A stretch of 64,000 nt of DNA from a virus (Duplodnaviria > Caudoviricetes). Shown piece by piece: positions 59,426 through 64,000 of the stretch. The stretch covers positions 32,001 to 96,000 of the IMG/VR virus record IMGVR_UViG_3300031813_000003. One strand, given 5' to 3'. Both the position numbers and the translations under genes were made by a program. The notes under the pieces were generated by a model. It did no database searches. It saw only the letters and a list, made by a program, of their open reading frames with translations, and had not been told where the DNA came from. Positions within the stretch are counted from its first letter, which is position 1. Each line of letters opens with the position of its first letter.

Positions 59426-60814
59426 TTGTTAATAGATAACATTTTTGTTTCGCTGATAGCATCAAATGATTTTTTTACTGTTGTATTTCCTCACTTAGAT
59501 GAAAGATATTTTGGAGAAACACACCACTCTAAACTCTTCACCAAAATTAAAGAATACAATCTAAAGTATAACAAAATCCCTAAAATATCTGATTTGAAGC
59601 TTCTGGTTGAAATGGATAACAATATTTCAGAATCAGATTCTGATGATATATATAATTATCTTGATAGTTTGAAAAAAGTAGAGCGAGTAACTGATGAAAA
59701 ACTACTGATAAAAGAAACTGAAAGTTATGTTCAACAAAGGGCATTAGAACTATCAGTATTAGCAGCTGTCGATATAATCCAAGACCCCAAAAAATCAAAT
59801 GGTGAAATTGAAGATGTAATTAAATCTGCCTTAGCAATTGAGTTTGAAGTGAAGATAGGGCATGATTATTTTTCTCCTGAAGATGTTAAAGCTAGGATGA
59901 ATTCATATCTAGAAGATGAAATGAAAATTCCATTAGATATTGAATTGATGAATACTGCAATGGGTGGTGGATTGGTTAGAAAATCACTATTCATTTTATT
60001 GGCTAATACAAACGTAGGTAAAACTGTTTGGTTATGCCACATTGCGTCAAGTTTAATTAGATCAGGCAAAAACGTTTTATTTGTTTCAGCTGAAATGGGA
60101 TTTGAAGAGATTGGTAAAAGAGTTGACTGTAATATGCTGTCAATTGATATAAATAATCTTTCAAACACTCTTGATAAAACATTATATAAAAACAAAATAA
60201 CAGAGGCTTTTCAAAAGACACATGGTAATCTGATTATTAAAGAATACCCTGCTGGTGCTGCAAATGCAAAACATCTAAGAAACCTTTTGAATGAAATCAA
60301 AACTAAAAAAGGATATCTACCAGATGTTCTGATTCTTGACCATTTAACTCTTTTTGCTTCATTTCGACTTCCAGCATCACAAACAGGGACACATACATAT
60401 GTTATGTGTGTAGCCGAGGAAATAAGGGCTATAGCCAAAGAATACGGCATAGTAATACTAACAGCGGCTCAGTTCAATAGAGGGGCTAAAACCAAGGGTG
60501 TTGACGCTGGAAACGAGGATGTTGGATTAGGTTATGGTATATCTCAGACAGCAGATTGGTCTGGTACTATAGCACAAACACCTGAATTGAAAGAACAGAA
60601 TAAATATCTACTAAAAGTGGCAAAAACTAGATTCGGTTCTAACAACGAATCATATTACACAATCGGAATTGATTACAATCATATGAGATTAATAAATCTT
60701 GATGCAGCTGATCAAGAGATTCCGATTCATTTGAAGGATAAATTAAAACAAATAAAAGACAAAAAAGTTGAAAAAGAAGAATCAAATCTATTTGATGAAT
60801 TCGATTTTGGCTAA
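59426..60814 (+). CDS. gp41: Replicative DnaB-like helicase
   Basis: IGHDYF, GGL.RK, ANTNVGKT, SAEM, LIIKEYP, ILDHL, TAAQFNR, KTRFG. Confidence 0.95.
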   Translation: MLIDNIFVSLIASNDFFTVVFPHLDERYFGETHHSKLFTKIKEYNLKYNKIPKISDLKLLVEMDNNISESDSDDIYNYLDSLKKVERVTDEKLLIKETESYVQQRALELSVLAAVDIIQDPKKSNGEIEDVIKSALAIEFEVKIGHDYFSPEDVKARMNSYLEDEMKIPLDIELMNTAMGGGLVRKSLFILLANTNVGKTVWLCHIASSLIRSGKNVLFVSAEMGFEEIGKRVDCNMLSIDINNLSNTLDKTLYKNKITEAFQKTHGNLIIKEYPAGAANAKHLRNLLNEIKTKKGYLPDVLILDHLTLFASFRLPASQTGTHTYVMCVAEEIRAIAKEYGIVILTAAQFNRGAKTKGVDAGNEDVGLGYGISQTADWSGTIAQTPELKEQNKYLLKVAKTRFGSNNESYYTIGIDYNHMRLINLDAADQEIPIHLKDKLKQIKDKKVEKEESNLFDEFDFG

Positions 60815-60996
60815 GAAAGGAAATCTATGATCTTAACTCTATGCAAGAAATGCGGTAAGTTCCTACCAGAGGGTGAAACTCTTTACCCTGTGACTATTGA
60901 CGAAGGAAATGGTTTGGTGAGTCATATGGATGTATGTCAGAGTTGTTACTGTATCATTCAGAATGATAATGATTCAAAACTTCTGTTGGAGAATGC

Positions 60997-62034
60997 ATGA
61001 TTCTACCAAGATTAGCAGCAAAATATGGTCATAAAAAAATAATGATCACTAGTTCAGATTCAACAGGATGTGGATTGATGAGGGCTGAATACCCTTATCG
61101 ATTCTTGAAAGATAGTTTTGAATGGTGTGAATACTCTTCAGGATTTCCTAGTAGTGATCCTAGAATATATGAAGCAGATATTGTCTGGTTACAACGTCCA
61201 TTACATGAATTTTTCTTAACATATATTCCTGAAATGCAGAAGCAAGGCAAACATGTGATCATTGATCTTGATGATACCCTTTGGCATATCCCTGCATCCA
61301 ATCTAGCACATGTGCATTACCCTACTAAAATATTAAAAAAGGTTGATGCTGTATTTAATTTAGCAAGTTGTTTAACAACTTCAACAGTTCCTTTACGGGA
61401 ATTATTGGTAGAACGTTTCAAAAAAGAAACTTTTATTTTACCAAATCATCTTATTCAAGATGAAATATTCATTCAAGGAAATAAACCTAAGAATGATAAA
61501 ATTAAGATTGGCTGGGCTGGAAGTTATACTCATGCTGGTGATTTTAATCATCATATTGCTAATGCACTAAGGTCTTTACCAAAAGATAAAGTTGAAATAT
61601 ATTGTATGGGTTATATGCCCAATGGATTTGGATCATTTGCAACTGCATTACCGTGGATAGAAACAACACAATTTCATAGAACTTTCAGAGAGCAGAATTG
61701 GGATATTGGTATCATGGTTGCGGATAACAATATGTTCAATACATGTAAGAGTAATTTGAAATTTCTTGAATATGGCGCAACTAAAACTGCAGTTGTCGGA
61801 CATTCTGTTTATCCTTATGCAAATACTGTAAATCATGGTGTAAATGGGTTTTTAGTACAAAAAGATAAAACAGATTGGAAAGAGTATCTCAATACTCTCG
61901 TTGAAAATGAATCTCTTAGACTTCAAATGGCGGAAAATGCTTATTTTGATGTTAAAAGAAACTTCACATATGAAGAGAATTATGAAAATTTAGAACAACG
62001 CTACCTAGATATATTTGAGTATCTAGGAGTATAA
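60997..62034 (+). CDS. GT-B glycosyltransferase (GT4-like)
   Basis: DSTGCG.MR..YP, IDLDD, IGWAGS.TH.GD, FN.CKSNLKFLEY, HGVNGFLV. Confidence 0.85.
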   Translation: MILPRLAAKYGHKKIMITSSDSTGCGLMRAEYPYRFLKDSFEWCEYSSGFPSSDPRIYEADIVWLQRPLHEFFLTYIPEMQKQGKHVIIDLDDTLWHIPASNLAHVHYPTKILKKVDAVFNLASCLTTSTVPLRELLVERFKKETFILPNHLIQDEIFIQGNKPKNDKIKIGWAGSYTHAGDFNHHIANALRSLPKDKVEIYCMGYMPNGFGSFATALPWIETTQFHRTFREQNWDIGIMVADNNMFNTCKSNLKFLEYGATKTAVVGHSVYPYANTVNHGVNGFLVQKDKTDWKEYLNTLVENESLRLQMAENAYFDVKRNFTYEENYENLEQRYLDIFEYLGV

Positions 62035-62047
62035 AAAGGAGAAATGA

Positions 62048-62707
62048 ATGAAAGTAAATCTAACAGATATCAATTTTATTTTGGATCAAAGTACTTCTAT
62101 GAGACTTATAGAAAGTTCTACCATTAGTGGATTCAATGAATTCCTAAAATCACAACAAGAAGCAGATGGGGAAGCTAATTTTACCTTAGCCAAATTCGAT
62201 AGTCTATATGAAATTGTATATGATGCGGTAAACGTAAAGGACGTTCAACCACTCTCAACTAAAACTTTTACCCCAAGGGGAATGACTGCTCTACTTGATG
62301 CTATTGGTAGAACAATTGATGCAACTGGTCAACGTCTTGCTGCAATGGCGGAAGAAGATCGTCCTGAGAAGGTTATCTTTGTTATCTTGACTGATGGTGA
62401 AGAAAACATGAGTAAAGAATACACCAAAGAAAGAATCAGTGAAATGATCAAACATCAAACTGAAACTTACTCATGGGACTTTGTATTCCTTGCTGCTAAT
62501 CAAGATGCTATCCAAGCTGGTATGCAGTATGGGTTTCAAGCTTGCAATAGTATGACCTTTGCTGCAAATGCTAATGGTAATTCTAGGGTATACTCTTCTA
62601 TGTCAGATAAAATGACAATGTATCGTTCATGCTCTGTAGAGGCAAAGTGTGCTGGTGGATTCTTTGATGATGCAGACCGTGAAGCGCAAAAGCAAGCAGG
62701 AGCTTAA
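62048..62707 (+). CDS. von Willebrand factor A domain protein
   Basis: LDQSTSM MIDAS, PRGMTALLDAIG, ILTDGEEN.S.EY, FVFLAANQDA. Confidence 0.9.
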   Translation: MKVNLTDINFILDQSTSMRLIESSTISGFNEFLKSQQEADGEANFTLAKFDSLYEIVYDAVNVKDVQPLSTKTFTPRGMTALLDAIGRTIDATGQRLAAMAEEDRPEKVIFVILTDGEENMSKEYTKERISEMIKHQTETYSWDFVFLAANQDAIQAGMQYGFQACNSMTFAANANGNSRVYSSMSDKMTMYRSCSVEAKCAGGFFDDADREAQKQAGA

Positions 62708-62715
62708 TCTATTAC

Positions 62716-62744
62716 AAAGGCTAGGGAGAATATCCCTAGCCTTT
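62716..62744 (+). terminator. Hairpin/terminator
   Basis: AAAGGCTAGGGA-GAATA-TCCCTAGCCTTT. Confidence 0.75.
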
Positions 62745-62761
62745 CACCTAAAGGTAACTAA

Positions 62762-63697
62762 ATGATTTTATTCGATTTATCATATTTCGCACATCGTATT
62801 GTGCATCCAAACAAAGATCAGATCATTGAAAATCCTAATTTCTTTGCCCACTTGATCACCATGCAGATTCTGCGATTCTCTAAAATGCTAGGGGCATCCA
62901 AACAGAATAAATTTGTTATATGTTTAGATTCTAAAACATGGAGAAAGGAATATTACGAAACTAATAAAGTTAAGTTTCCTGAACTAGTGAATGAGACGTA
63001 TAAGGGACGTAGAGTAAAGGATGATACTATTCCCTGGGATACTATTCAAGAGACAATCAATATCATAGGAACTGCGTTTAAATTAGCTAGTGATTTTTAT
63101 GTTGTTAAAGCTTCAGGGGCTGAAGCTGATGATGTTATTGCAGTATTAACCAAAAAATTTAAAAATAAAGAAACTATCTTTATTCTTTCTCCAGACAAAG
63201 ACTTCATTCAACTTCAAGACGATAATGTTTATATTTTTGATCCATTGAAGAATGCCTTTAAGCCTACTCAGGATATCGACTATTTTATGAAGATTCACCT
63301 TATGATTGGTGATAAATCTGATAATATTCCAGCAATTAGATCAAGATTAGGTGAGAAAACTGCTGTTAAGATATTGAAAGATTTAGATAATTTATTAGCA
63401 ACTGATCCTACTATGCGAGAAAAATATGAGTTCAATAAGAATTTAATTGACTTTTCTATGATTCCATCGTATATTGAATCTAACATATTGGAAGAATATG
63501 AAACCCAAAGTTTCAATTATAATCCAAGTAACCTAATGAAACTGTTTATGAAGTATGGCATGGCTAAAATCTCCGAAGATGTTGGTTCTTTCAAGCTGGC
63601 CGAATCTGAAGTCAAAACACCTACCAATCAATTTTTCATAGACAGTAAAAAGAATGAGGAATTCTCTAGGTACACTCTAGAAGAATTTTTCAATTAA
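62762..63697 (+). CDS. rnh: T4 RNase H-type 5'-3' exonuclease
   Basis: WRK.YY...YKG.R, AEADDVI, SPDKDF.QL, GDKSDNIP. Confidence 0.93.
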   Translation: MILFDLSYFAHRIVHPNKDQIIENPNFFAHLITMQILRFSKMLGASKQNKFVICLDSKTWRKEYYETNKVKFPELVNETYKGRRVKDDTIPWDTIQETINIIGTAFKLASDFYVVKASGAEADDVIAVLTKKFKNKETIFILSPDKDFIQLQDDNVYIFDPLKNAFKPTQDIDYFMKIHLMIGDKSDNIPAIRSRLGEKTAVKILKDLDNLLATDPTMREKYEFNKNLIDFSMIPSYIESNILEEYETQSFNYNPSNLMKLFMKYGMAKISEDVGSFKLAESEVKTPTNQFFIDSKKNEEFSRYTLEEFFN

Positions 63698-64000
63698 TCA
63701 CTATTAGAATCAAAGGATACCAAATGTCTAAAATCAATGAAACAATAACATTCACAAATGGAAATTATTTTTGTTCGTCAATTATTCGCCCTGATTGTCT
63801 TCGAAAAGGTGGCAACCAATGCTGCCTTTATTGTGATCTTGTGGAAAAATGTATCACCCTTAACAAAAGTAAAACTAAACCATGTTCAGCTTATATTGTA
63901 TCCACTGACGAATTCTGCCCATATAGTGTATGATAATTTTTACACCTAAACCAGCAGCACCTATGTCATATACAACTGATTGTATAAATTGTGAGGGTCA

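Noticed and set aside
1-64000. Genome-wide stop-codon reassignment (TAG or TGA)
   Set aside because: All long core genes read through intact in code 11, TAG and TGA both end genes normally, and the isolated in-frame stops (42948 TAG, 45515 TGA) are different codons.
1-64000. CRISPR array or tRNA genes
   Set aside because: I saw no regularly spaced direct repeats and no cloverleaf with a TTCGA T-arm and CCA end; a tRNAscan/CRISPR scan would be needed to exclude them fully.

Overview
64 kb of an AT-rich, large T4-like (Tevenvirinae/Kyanoviridae-type core) myophage genome, almost all on the + strand, standard genetic code. Core genes recognised by motif: major capsid gp23, gp2-like end protector, holin plus SLT endolysin, a tail/baseplate block (three tube-fold genes, gp26/gp51-like, tape measure with a lysozyme-like domain, gp48, gp53, gp27, split gp5), uvsY, intein-containing uvsW, gp55 late sigma, gp47/gp46, uvsX, gp41 and RNase H. 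These are interleaved with accessory islands driven by repeated sigma70-type promoters: a glycan-modification operon, a WGR-PARP, an RNA repair set (Rnl1, CCA enzyme, RlaP-like NTase, kinase), a (p)ppGpp hydrolase, MazG, HU, an Hfq-like protein, and GIY-YIG/HNH homing endonucleases. Most notable: (1) a late cassette (13.0-15.5 kb) of separate small enzymes (nuclease-like, ADP-ribosyltransferase, and two proteins resembling the halves of the phosphorothioation-associated methyltransferase), each with a T4 internal-protein-type capsid-targeting leader, i.e. a candidate virion-injected effector kit; (2) several early promoters whose -35/-10 spacer is the reverse complement of the downstream Shine-Dalgarno; (3) a T TTT TTA -1 frameshift site joining gp26- and gp51-like ORFs just before the tape measure gene; (4) an Hfq-like gene and a GC-rich structured ncRNA candidate; (5) a sigma54 promoter with IHF-like and palindromic sites before a small membrane protein. 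All family assignments are from motif recognition by eye; no database search was run.
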